From a virus (Duplodnaviria; Caudoviricetes): 60,979 bases of DNA. This document shows positions 46,576 to 55,540 of this stretch, in pieces. The notes under the pieces are model-generated. The model had not been told where the DNA came from and did no database searches. It worked only from the letters and a program-made list of their open reading frames with translations. Numbering within the stretch: the stretch's first letter is position 1; the number at the start of each line of letters is the position of its first letter. The position numbers and the translations under genes were made by a program. The DNA lies in IMG/VR virus record IMGVR_UViG_3300023174_000178, positions 1 to 60,979 of that record; one strand, given 5' to 3'.

Positions 46576-47123
46576 CGCGATGACTCCGTATCAAAGAAGA
46601 ATGTTTGAAAGAGTCGACCATCATATAGATCTTTGCCAAAGTAATCTAAACTGGCATGGAAGAGGTCGCCGCTATAGAGAACTAATCGATTGTATTTGTT
46701 ACCTACAATATCGATCCGATCCCACTTGGTATAATCATATGCCTCGTGCTCGTTTGTTGGAGCTCGATACTCACCTGTTTCTTTGTGTCGAAACAGACCA
46801 GTGCCTGCAGTATGCGGTGCATCAGGCGTGAGGTAGCATACACCAGCCCACATACTCGTATGATCGCAATGGATCCACGTTCTATCTGAAGCAGTAGCGT
46901 ATTGAAAAGCGCCAGTATATCCCGAATCTTCGTGCCAATTGGTAATCTTTCCAATTGGATTCATCCAATGTTGAATGCAATCCTTGACATCTTGAGTCAT
47001 GAAAGAAGGCGTTCGTTTTCCTGGATAGTTGCCTGTGACACTAAAGTCTTGAGTCAAAGCAAAGGCTCTGACTGCATCTGGATTGATATAAAAGTTATCG
47101 ATAATCATCAAGTCTAAATTCAT
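46572..47123 (-). CDS. 2OG-Fe(II) oxygenase-like protein (DUF6445-like)
   Basis: IIDNFY.NPD.VR..AL, YPG.RT, WIHCD, WAGVCYLTP....GT, NKYNRLVLY....FH, RLFQTFF. Confidence 0.8.
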   Translation of the reverse strand: MNLDLMIIDNFYINPDAVRAFALTQDFSVTGNYPGKRTPSFMTQDVKDCIQHWMNPIGKITNWHEDSGYTGAFQYATASDRTWIHCDHTSMWAGVCYLTPDAPHTAGTGLFRHKETGEYRAPTNEHEAYDYTKWDRIDIVGNKYNRLVLYSGDLFHASLDYFGKDLYDGRLFQTFFFDTESSR

Positions 47124-47154
47124 AATATTTCAAGTCTCCATGCTGTACTAGTTG

Positions 47155-47162
47155 TATTTATA
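47155..47162 (-). promoter_or_regulatory. T4-type late promoter driving the minus-strand oxygenase/GT pair
   Basis: TATTTATA on + (TATAAATA on -), about 30 nt upstream of the 47123 start. Confidence 0.75.
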
Positions 47163-47167
47163 CGGCT

Positions 47168-47175
47168 TATAAATA
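47168..47175 (+). promoter_or_regulatory. T4-type late promoter for neck genes
   Basis: TATAAATA upstream of gp13, with a CATAAATA variant at 47184-47191. Confidence 0.8.
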
Positions 47176-47208
47176 GCCAGACACATAAATATAATAAAGA
47201 GGTATTCG

Positions 47209-47952
47209 ATGGCCACTCCTACTACAAAAGCAACATTTAAAGAGTATTGCCTTCGTAAGCTCGGCAAACCAGTAATCGAGATTAACGTTGATGATGATCA
47301 GGTAGATGATCGCATCGATGAAGCAATTCGCTACTGGTATGACTATCACTTCGATGGTTCAGAAAGAGTGTACTATAAGCATGCTATCACGTCAACTGAC
47401 GTAACAAACAAGTATATCACTCTTCCAGAGAATATCATTGGTGCTGTCAGCATCTTCTCGATGGGTGATCCTTCGATTCGCTCTGACGACCTCTTTAATA
47501 TTCGCTATCAGATCGCGCTGAACGACCTCTATACTCTGACTAACGTGTCTCTTGTTCCATACTACATGGTGATGGAACATCTTGCACTCATGACAGAACT
47601 TTTGGTTGGTAAACAGCCGATTCGTTATTCTCGTCACAAAGATCGTCTTTATGTTGATATGGATTGGAACACTGTTGCTATCGGAGAATTTTTGCTCGTC
47701 GAAGCTTATGAAGTCGTTGATCCAGAAACATGGACAGATGCTTATAACGATCGCTGGCTTCAAAACTATGCTACGACTCTGATCAAAGAACAGTGGGGTT
47801 CTAACCTTACAAAGTTTACTGGAATGTCTTTACCTGGTGGAGTGCAGTTTAACGGAGAGAAAATCTATGATGATGCTGTGGCCGAAAGAAGAAAACTCGA
47901 AGACGAGATGATTTCTTCTTATTCTCTGCCGGTTCTCGATATGATTGGATAA
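47209..47952 (+). CDS. gp13: Neck protein
   Basis: EYCLRKLGKPVIEINVDDDQVDDRIDEA; WLQNYAT.LIKEQWG.NL.KF.G..LPGGV.FNG. Confidence 0.95.
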   Translation: MATPTTKATFKEYCLRKLGKPVIEINVDDDQVDDRIDEAIRYWYDYHFDGSERVYYKHAITSTDVTNKYITLPENIIGAVSIFSMGDPSIRSDDLFNIRYQIALNDLYTLTNVSLVPYYMVMEHLALMTELLVGKQPIRYSRHKDRLYVDMDWNTVAIGEFLLVEAYEVVDPETWTDAYNDRWLQNYATTLIKEQWGSNLTKFTGMSLPGGVQFNGEKIYDDAVAERRKLEDEMISSYSLPVLDMIG

Positions 47953-47955
47953 TAC

Positions 47956-48684
47956 ATGTCGACCAACTTCTATTTTAACAACTTTACAAATAGCCAAGAG
48001 CAGATCTTAATTGAAGATCTGGTTCTCGAGTCTATTAAAATTTATGGTCACGATGTATTCTACTGTCCTCGTACACTCGTTGAAAAAGACGAAATCTACG
48101 AAGAAGATGCATTATCACAGTACAACAGTAATTATTTAATTGACATGTATATTCGTAGCTATGAGAGCTATGAAGGTGACGGGCAATTCTTATCAAAGTT
48201 TGGTCTTGAAATTCGAGATCAGGTCACGTTCACGGTATCCGTTCGTAACTTTATGAATGAGATCGGTTTAGTGGAAATGCTTGATCGTCCGCAAGAAGGT
48301 GATCTCATCTATCTGCCGATGGCAGATCGTCTGATGTACATCAAATACGTCAATAAAACTCCTGTCTTCTATCAGATGGGCGCTATTCAGATGTATGATC
48401 TCGTTTGCGAGATGTTTGAATATAGCAGCGAGCAGTTAAATACTGGCATTGAAGCCATTGATAGTATTGAGAAAAATAGCAGCCTCAGTCTCGACGAGTT
48501 TGGAATCTTGACGAATGACGGTTTACTTCTGGTTACTCAAGAAGGAAATCCAATCATACAAGGTAGCTATGATTTTGGCACACAAGCCGGAGATGCATTC
48601 GAAGATAATATGGAGTTCGAAACAGGTGGGGACAGCATCCTTGACTGGACGCAAATCGATCCGTTTAGTGAGGGACAAGTATAA
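47956..48684 (+). CDS. gp14: Neck protein / head closure
   Basis: EQ.LIEDLV.ESIKIYG.DV.Y.PR; SKFGLEIRD; RPQEGDLIY.P; FYQ.G; DPFSE. Confidence 0.94.
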   Translation: MSTNFYFNNFTNSQEQILIEDLVLESIKIYGHDVFYCPRTLVEKDEIYEEDALSQYNSNYLIDMYIRSYESYEGDGQFLSKFGLEIRDQVTFTVSVRNFMNEIGLVEMLDRPQEGDLIYLPMADRLMYIKYVNKTPVFYQMGAIQMYDLVCEMFEYSSEQLNTGIEAIDSIEKNSSLSLDEFGILTNDGLLLVTQEGNPIIQGSYDFGTQAGDAFEDNMEFETGGDSILDWTQIDPFSEGQV

Positions 48685-49514
48685 TGTTTGGAAGAACATG
48701 GAATCATGACAGTCTAAGAAAATACATCATCGTATTCGGAACTGTCTTTAATGACATCTATATCAATCGCTTGAGCAATGCCGGAGAAGTACTTCAGACT
48801 CTCAAAGTTCCTTTGACATACGGTCCAAAAGACAAAGTGCTTTCAAGACTCGAGCAAAATCCGAAGATGGATAATCAAGTTGGTATCATTCTTCCTCGTA
48901 TTTCTTTCGAAATGACGACCATGGAGTATGATTCTACTCGTAAGTTGAATACTCTGAATAAGCTGACAAAGCAATCTACTAATGCAGGCACAGACGACGA
49001 AGTCAAATATCAGTATCAACCTGTTCCTTATGACATGCAGTTCGAGATGAACATCTTAGTCAACAATGCTGAAGATGGTACTCGCATCGTAGAGCAAATT
49101 GTTCCGTACTTTACACCTGACTTTACGGTGAGTGTCAATCTTGTTCCTGAAGTCGATGGCCCTCGAGATATTCCTATCATTCTAAATAGCATCTCTTCTC
49201 AAGATCAATATGAAGGTAGCTTCGAACAAAGAAGAGCACTGATCTGGACACTTAACTTTACGATGAAGGGTTACTTATACGGACCAACGAAGAAATCAAA
49301 ATTAATCAAACTCGCAGAAACAACGTTCAGACTTCCAGAAGATGTCGAGACAGGAAACACCGATAATACCGCCAATACGATAGTCGTGGCTTCGAGACCT
49401 GGACTTACTGCGAATGGACAACCTACTACCAATACTGCTTTAAGTATCTCATATGAAGATATTAAGAGCACAGATAACTATAGCATTATCAATACAATTA
49501 CTGAGAATATCTAA
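48684..49514 (+). CDS. gp15: Tail sheath stabiliser / tail terminator
   Basis: RKYI..FGT.FNDI; KVPL.YGPK.K; LPRISFE; PVPY; EQI.PYF.P; RR..IWTL.F..K.YLYGP. Confidence 0.94.
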   Translation: MFGRTWNHDSLRKYIIVFGTVFNDIYINRLSNAGEVLQTLKVPLTYGPKDKVLSRLEQNPKMDNQVGIILPRISFEMTTMEYDSTRKLNTLNKLTKQSTNAGTDDEVKYQYQPVPYDMQFEMNILVNNAEDGTRIVEQIVPYFTPDFTVSVNLVPEVDGPRDIPIILNSISSQDQYEGSFEQRRALIWTLNFTMKGYLYGPTKKSKLIKLAETTFRLPEDVETGNTDNTANTIVVASRPGLTANGQPTTNTALSISYEDIKSTDNYSIINTITENI

Positions 49515-49903
49515 TGAGCAATGAACTTGATAAATTTTTAAACATCGCCTCAGGCGATAACTTACCAGCTGTGATCGAAAAGAAGATGAGTACGCAAGTC
49601 TCAGCTGACTTTGAGTATGCTCGCGAGAACATGATGGAAGTTATCAATAAGGGACAAGAAGCACTCTTTGATTTGATGGATGTGGCCAAACAAAGCCAAC
49701 ACCCTCGAGCATATGAAGTCTTAGCCACCATGATGAGCACGATGGTAGGAGCGAGTAAAGACTTGCTTGATCTTCAGGCCAAAAAGAAGAAGATCATGGA
49801 AGACGATCCTTCGGCTTCTCCTCAGCAAGTCACAAACAATCTTTTCGTAGGTTCGACAGCAGAGTTACAGAAATATCTGAAGCAGCACAAAGATGGCGAG
49901 TGA
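49514..49903 (+). CDS. gp16: Terminase small subunit
   Basis: DFEYAREN, A..SQHPRAYEV, TNNLFVGST.ELQK. Confidence 0.92.
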   Translation: MSNELDKFLNIASGDNLPAVIEKKMSTQVSADFEYARENMMEVINKGQEALFDLMDVAKQSQHPRAYEVLATMMSTMVGASKDLLDLQAKKKKIMEDDPSASPQQVTNNLFVGSTAELQKYLKQHKDGE

Positions 49904-51566
49904 AAACTATCTCGGGAATCCGAGGCTCAAGAGAGCAGACACAAAGGTCGAGTATACTCCCGAGCAAGTCGCAGAGTACATTAAGTGCTCTGAGGATCCG
50001 ATCTACTTTATCTTAACTTACTGTAAGATTGTCAATATTGACAAGGGTTTGATCATGTTCCCGCTCTGGGAATTCCAGAAGGAAATGATCCTCGCTTTTG
50101 AAGACAATCGATTTGTAATCTGTAAGATGCCTCGTCAGGTCGGTAAGACGACTACGGTTGCCGCTTACTTACTTTGGAAGATCGTATTCAACGAAGAATA
50201 TTCGATCGCTATCTTGGCCAACAAAGACAGACAAGCCCGAGAAATTCTTGGTCGTATTCAGTTGATGTTCGAACATCTTCCGAAGTGGCTTCAGATGGGT
50301 GTTACCGAATGGAATAAAGGTAACATTAAGCTTGAGAATGGATCTGAAATCCTTGCTTCTGCTACTTCGTCTTCTGCGATTCGTGGTACTTCACAGAACA
50401 TGGTTTATCTCGACGAGTTTGCCTTCGTTCCTACCAATATTCAAGACGAGTTCTTCGCTTCGGTATATCCTACCATTTCATCTGGGCAAAGTTCGAAGGT
50501 TCTTGTGACTTCGACTCCAAACGGTATGAACATGTTCTATCGTATTTGGACAGAGTCTGAAGAAGGTAGAAATGCTTATGCTCGTGTCGACGTTCACTGG
50601 TCACAGATTCCTGGCCGTGACGAAGCATGGAAAGAACAGACGATCAGCAACACGTCTGAAGAACAATTCAGACAAGAATATGAGTGCGAGTTCCTTGGAT
50701 CTTCGAACACTCTGATCCATCCTACTAAACTTCGTAATATGGTCTATAAGCATCCGATTGCACAGGCAGACGGTGGGCTCAAGATCTATGAAGAGCCAGA
50801 ACCAGATACAATCTATGCTATCGTAGTTGATACATCTCGAGGAGCAGGAGCTGACTATTCTGCTTTTATTGTCGTGAATGTGTCTACGATGCCATATCGA
50901 CAGGTTGCAGCATATCGAAATAACCTGATATCGCCAATGATCTATCCAAACATCATCTATAATGCGGCCATCAAATATAACGACGCTCTTGTTCTTGTCG
51001 AAACAAACGACATCGGTCAGCAGGTAGCTGACATCTTACATTACGATCTTGAGTATGACGGAGTTCTCGTCACTGCAAATAACGGCAGAACAGGTCAAAG
51101 TCTGTCAGGTGGATTTGCTACGACGACTCACTACGGTGTCAAGACTACGAAGCAAGTCAAGAGAGTTGGCTGCGCCACACTCAAGACTCTTGTCGAGTCT
51201 GATAAGTTCTTGATCTATGATTATGACACTATCTATGAGTTGACACGTTTCTCACTCAAGAATAGTTTAAAAGGCAACCAGTCATACGAAGCAGAAGACG
51301 GTAACGATGACATGGCCATGTGTTGTGTTCTCTTTGCTTGGTTAACGACTCAACCGTATCTGAAAGAGATTACAAATATCGATATTCGTATGCAAATATA
51401 TGAACAAAACGAGAAGATGCTCGAGCAACAGATGCTTCCATTTGGACTCATGAGCACAGGAGACGATGAACATGACGAAGAAGTCAATGAACCACTCTTC
51501 GAAGGTGGATTAAAAGATGATTTCTGGGTTAGCAAGAAGATGGGATTCTTCGAAGGAAACTTTTGA
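49893..51566 (+). CDS. gp17: Terminase large subunit
   Basis: YLGNP.LK, Walker A RQVGKTT, YLDEFAF, STPNG, FRQEYECEF, nuclease VDTSRG...DYS, DD.AM. Confidence 0.97.
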   Translation: MASENYLGNPRLKRADTKVEYTPEQVAEYIKCSEDPIYFILTYCKIVNIDKGLIMFPLWEFQKEMILAFEDNRFVICKMPRQVGKTTTVAAYLLWKIVFNEEYSIAILANKDRQAREILGRIQLMFEHLPKWLQMGVTEWNKGNIKLENGSEILASATSSSAIRGTSQNMVYLDEFAFVPTNIQDEFFASVYPTISSGQSSKVLVTSTPNGMNMFYRIWTESEEGRNAYARVDVHWSQIPGRDEAWKEQTISNTSEEQFRQEYECEFLGSSNTLIHPTKLRNMVYKHPIAQADGGLKIYEEPEPDTIYAIVVDTSRGAGADYSAFIVVNVSTMPYRQVAAYRNNLISPMIYPNIIYNAAIKYNDALVLVETNDIGQQVADILHYDLEYDGVLVTANNGRTGQSLSGGFATTTHYGVKTTKQVKRVGCATLKTLVESDKFLIYDYDTIYELTRFSLKNSLKGNQSYEAEDGNDDMAMCCVLFAWLTTQPYLKEITNIDIRMQIYEQNEKMLEQQMLPFGLMSTGDDEHDEEVNEPLFEGGLKDDFWVSKKMGFFEGNF

Positions 51567-51567
51567 T

Positions 51568-52257
51568 ATGAAAGACGAGTATAAACTTGATTTTAGAAAA
51601 GTCTATAATGCCATGAAGAGAGCGTTCGTTCAGAACGAAAAGAGCTTAATCTTTATTTCTCAAGTCGTAAGATATGGTAGCGGGCCTTCATTGAAATATA
51701 CATATAAAAAAATGTTAGAATCTTCTTCCGGTGGAGAAATGGCTTATAAATCTGAAGAGATTTCAGATTATATTTCATCTTTATCAGATAGGCCGTTGGA
51801 TTCTGTTGGCAGAGAATGCTACGCTGTGTTTAAAGAAAATCAGACCAAAGTAGTAAAAGTGAGCAGAAGAAAATCTAACGATGAATGGATCGAAGCAAAG
51901 CATCCATACAGCTGGATGGCAAGAAGGTATCGAGATACGCACGATATATGGCACATTCTTACTGATTATCCAACGACTGTAAACGGAGAAATGTGCCTTA
52001 CCATGTTTTCTTTCGCGCAAACTCGTTCTCTTGGGTGGTTGACAATCAGCTTAAGCATATTCTTTGCGCACAAATTAGACCTTAGAAAATTCAAGATGGT
52101 ATACGAAGCATACAAAAACGGTAAAAAAGCCAAGTTCCTCTTGGCAGAAGATTATGATAAACTACTATCTGAAAACTTACAAGATGCTAGGGAAAGATTA
52201 AATATCAGAAGTCCGCGCTTCTTTATAGATAAATCCCCTAATTTAATGAAGTTATAA
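51568..52257 (+). CDS. Coq4-family (HDxxH) protein
   Basis: RYRDTHDIWHILTDYPTTVNGE matches HDxxH-x11-E; L...P.DSVG..Y, F.FAQ, AY..GKKA..L...Y..LL...L...RERLNI; ATG at 51568 just after the gp17 stop. Confidence 0.78.
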   Translation: MKDEYKLDFRKVYNAMKRAFVQNEKSLIFISQVVRYGSGPSLKYTYKKMLESSSGGEMAYKSEEISDYISSLSDRPLDSVGRECYAVFKENQTKVVKVSRRKSNDEWIEAKHPYSWMARRYRDTHDIWHILTDYPTTVNGEMCLTMFSFAQTRSLGWLTISLSIFFAHKLDLRKFKMVYEAYKNGKKAKFLLAEDYDKLLSENLQDARERLNIRSPRFFIDKSPNLMKL

Positions 52258-52260
52258 ATA
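52253..52260 (+). promoter_or_regulatory. T4-type late promoter for gp18
   Basis: TATAAATA overlapping the upstream stop. Confidence 0.8.
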
Positions 52261-52304
52261 AAGCAAATGCAACTTATATGACTAACCTTTAAAGGGAGAT
52301 AACA

Positions 52305-54914
52305 ATGGCGTTTCAAGTCAGCCCAGGAATTAATGTTTCTGAAATTGATCTTACAACAACTGTTCCGGCACTTGCGACTACGGTCGGTGGTTTCGGCGGA
52401 GTATTTCGTTGGGGACCAGTAGGAAAGTTTGTTCTTGTAGATTCAGAAAATACACTCGCAAATCGCTTCGGTAAACCGACCTCGGACAACTACGAAACGT
52501 TTTATACAGCTGCAAACTTCCTTTCGTATGGAAATGCTCTGTATGTTTCGCGTGCTGCGACCACAACAGGTTTTGCAAACACTTCAACTATTACTCTTGA
52601 CAGTGACACTTCGCTTGCTGCGAACGGCACGGCGCTCGGTCTGACAGCTGGACTTCGCGTACAAGGTGACAACATTGCCGATGACACCTTCGTCACTGCA
52701 GTAACTAACAGCGCTATTACGATCTCGAGAGCCGCGACAGCAAATGCTTCAGCTCTGATTTCGTTCTTTGCGAACACTACAACTCTTTCTGCTTATGCTG
52801 GTGATACAGCTACAGTCGTTGCATCAAACGTAGTTATTCGCAACTCAGAAGAGTTTGAAAACAAAGGCGCGACCAACTCAGTATTCACAGGGACAGAGTT
52901 CGTAGCTCGTTATCCTGGCTCGCTCGGTAACTCTCTTAAGGTTTCAATGTGCGATAGTGCTGCGCAATATGCAGAAACAATTGTATTCGAAACTAATACT
53001 ACTTGGGGTTCAACCACTGCAAACGCATATGCTCTTGCAGATCTTACATCGGCTAATGTATCGATCTCGGTCGGCAGTAACACTGCTAATGTTGTATTCG
53101 TATGGTCTAACGACGATTTCGCAGATCGTGTAGCCGCTTCTGCAACAGCGCGCGCAGTTGGATCGAACGGTGTATCAGCTAACTTTATCTCTCTTGCTAC
53201 CGCAAATACGCTGTTTACAAATGGTGATGCAGTATGGTATGCAAAGGGCTCTTCTTCGACCGCGAATAGCATTCAAGGTTTATCAGAAGGCACAACATAC
53301 TTCGTTACTGGAGCGAATACGTCTGGCTTTACTCTATCGTTAACATCAGGCGGTGCAAACGTTGCTATTTCGAATGGTGCTGCTAACTCGGTTGTTTATT
53401 TTACAAAACAATCAGCGACTGATCTTGGTCTTACTCTTGCACAAGCGCGTCTTGCAGTCACAGCACTCAAAGATAAGATCACTATAGGTGACTACATTGA
53501 AGTTGGTAATACAACAATCGGTAAGCAAAACATGAAGGTCACTTCAGAAGGCGCACAAGCCGACGACGGTACGAACATCTTCTTCAACATTGGTTTTGAT
53601 TCGACTTGGAACAAGTCAACCAACTTCAGCGGTACTTCACTGAAGCGTCAGTGGGAATACTTCAACGTTGTCGAGTCTGCCCCTGGTGTATCTTCATCGA
53701 TGACAAACGCCGGTCGCACTATTACAGACGAAGTTTCAGTAGTTGTAGTTGACGAAGACGGTCTGATCAGCGGAACACCTGGTCAAGTTCTTGAAATCTA
53801 CCAAAACCTTTCACGTGCAACAAACGCGAAGAAAGATGACGGTACGACCAACTACTATAAGACTGCTATCAACGACTTCTCACGTTGGGTTTGGGCAACA
53901 AACGATCGTGCTGGTGCAGCTTCTAATACTCTGTCAAACGTTGCTAACTCTACTAACACGACAACTTACACACGTTCGTTCGTTCGTGGTACAGACGGAG
54001 CTAACGAAAGCACAGTATCGATGGCAGCTCTTGGTTCTGCATACGATCTCTTTGCAGATGCAAGCACGGTCGATGTTTCTCTTATTCTTCAAGGTAAGGC
54101 AATCGGAACTAACGACGTTCAGCTAGCCAACTATCTGATCGATAACATTGCAGAAGTTCGTAAGGATTGCGTAGTATTCGTTTCTCCAGCATACTCTGAT
54201 GTTGTAGGTATTAACGTAGAAAACCAACAAGCACAGAACATCGTAGATTTTAGAAACGCTCTGCGTAATACTTCATATGCATTCCTCGATTCTGGTTACA
54301 AGTATCAGTACGACAAGTATGCAGACGTATATCGCTACATTCCACTCAACGGTGACATTGCCGGCTTGACAGCTCGCAGTGATAGCCTGAAAGATCCTTG
54401 GTTCTCTCCAGCTGGATTTACTCGCGGTCAAATCAAAAATCTTGTGAAGCTTGCATTCAGCCCTGGAAAAACAGAAAGAGATCTTCTTTATAAGAACGAT
54501 GTCAATCCAGTTGTCACATTCCCAGGTCAAGGCACAGTACTTTACGGAGATAAGACTCTCCTCGGTCGTACAAGTGCATTCGATCGTATTAACGTACGTC
54601 GTCTGTTCATCGTTCTTGAAAAAGCGATCGCTACAGCTTCAAACTCTACTCTGTTCGAATTCAACGACGAATTCACAAGATCACAGTTTGTTAATCTGGT
54701 TGAGCCATATCTTCGCGACGTTCAAGGTCGTCGTGGAATCTTTGACTTCCGTGTGGTTTGCGACGAGACGAATAATACTGCTGAAGTAATCGATAGCAAC
54801 CGCTTTGTTGGAGATATCTACATCAAGCCTGCTAAGTCGATCAACTTCATCCAGCTAAACTTCGTCGCCGTAAGATCTGGTGTCGAGTTCAACGAAATCG
54901 CTGGCCAGTTCTAA
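52305..54914 (+). CDS. gp18: Tail sheath protein with insertions
   Basis: MAFQVSPGINVSEIDLT, FRWGP, ARYPGSLGN, PWFSPAG..RG, FDRINVRRLF, FEFNDEFTR, IKPAKSINFIQLNFVA. Confidence 0.97.
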   Translation: MAFQVSPGINVSEIDLTTTVPALATTVGGFGGVFRWGPVGKFVLVDSENTLANRFGKPTSDNYETFYTAANFLSYGNALYVSRAATTTGFANTSTITLDSDTSLAANGTALGLTAGLRVQGDNIADDTFVTAVTNSAITISRAATANASALISFFANTTTLSAYAGDTATVVASNVVIRNSEEFENKGATNSVFTGTEFVARYPGSLGNSLKVSMCDSAAQYAETIVFETNTTWGSTTANAYALADLTSANVSISVGSNTANVVFVWSNDDFADRVAASATARAVGSNGVSANFISLATANTLFTNGDAVWYAKGSSSTANSIQGLSEGTTYFVTGANTSGFTLSLTSGGANVAISNGAANSVVYFTKQSATDLGLTLAQARLAVTALKDKITIGDYIEVGNTTIGKQNMKVTSEGAQADDGTNIFFNIGFDSTWNKSTNFSGTSLKRQWEYFNVVESAPGVSSSMTNAGRTITDEVSVVVVDEDGLISGTPGQVLEIYQNLSRATNAKKDDGTTNYYKTAINDFSRWVWATNDRAGAASNTLSNVANSTNTTTYTRSFVRGTDGANESTVSMAALGSAYDLFADASTVDVSLILQGKAIGTNDVQLANYLIDNIAEVRKDCVVFVSPAYSDVVGINVENQQAQNIVDFRNALRNTSYAFLDSGYKYQYDKYADVYRYIPLNGDIAGLTARSDSLKDPWFSPAGFTRGQIKNLVKLAFSPGKTERDLLYKNDVNPVVTFPGQGTVLYGDKTLLGRTSAFDRINVRRLFIVLEKAIATASNSTLFEFNDEFTRSQFVNLVEPYLRDVQGRRGIFDFRVVCDETNNTAEVIDSNRFVGDIYIKPAKSINFIQLNFVAVRSGVEFNEIAGQF

Positions 54915-54943
54915 TAAATAAGATAAACCTAGGAGGAAAGTAA

Positions 54944-55486
54944 ATGGCTTTTAATATCAATGAAATGAGAAGCCAACTAGCTTTTGGCGGTGCAAGACAA
55001 AACCTGTTCCAAGTGGATATTTTTAATCCTGCGAACAACTCAGGGGATGCAAAAACAAGATTCATGTGTCAGGCAGCTCAGCTGCCTGGCTCTGACCTTG
55101 GAGTCATTCCAGTGTTTTACTTCGGTCGTCAAATGAAGTTAGCTGGTGACAGAACGTTCGCCGAATGGACAGTAACAATCATCAACGATGAAGACTTCCT
55201 GATCCGTAATGCAATGGAAGAATGGTCGAATAGAATCAATCGTCTTCAACGCAACGTCAGAGAAATTGGCCCTGGATACAAGTCACAGGCTACAGTTACT
55301 CAGTTTGGTAAAGATGGTTCAAAAATCCGTACTTATGATTTTAACGGAATCTTCCCAAGTAATATTAGCCCAATCGAACTCGATTGGTCTACAACCGATC
55401 AAATCGAACTGTTCCAGGTAACGTTCCAATATGACTACTGGTCAGTTGGTCGTACTGGATCGACAGGTCGCGCCGGCGGTGATTAA
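54944..55486 (+). CDS. gp19: Tail tube protein
   Basis: GGAR.NLF.V, F.C.AA.LPGS, GR..KLAGDRTF.EWTVT..NDEDF..R...E.W, F.VTF.YDYW; AATAAATA at 54913-54920 upstream. Confidence 0.96.
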   Translation: MAFNINEMRSQLAFGGARQNLFQVDIFNPANNSGDAKTRFMCQAAQLPGSDLGVIPVFYFGRQMKLAGDRTFAEWTVTIINDEDFLIRNAMEEWSNRINRLQRNVREIGPGYKSQATVTQFGKDGSKIRTYDFNGIFPSNISPIELDWSTTDQIELFQVTFQYDYWSVGRTGSTGRAGGD

Positions 55487-55487
55487 T

Positions 55488-55518
55488 AAGTAAAGGGTAA
55501 TCATTCCCCTTACTTTTT
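55488..55518 (+). terminator. Probable intrinsic terminator after gp19
   Basis: AAGTAAAGGG-loop-CCCCTTACTT stem (one mismatch) running into a T-tract. Confidence 0.55.
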
Positions 55519-55540
55519 CGTTATTTAAATTGGAGAACCC

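Noticed and set aside
39703-47123. DNA hypermodification cluster
   Set aside because: Not excluded, but no nucleotide kinase, thymidylate-synthase-like or TET/JBP-like gene is recognisable, and the late structural context plus GT60-like enzyme favour non-DNA substrates
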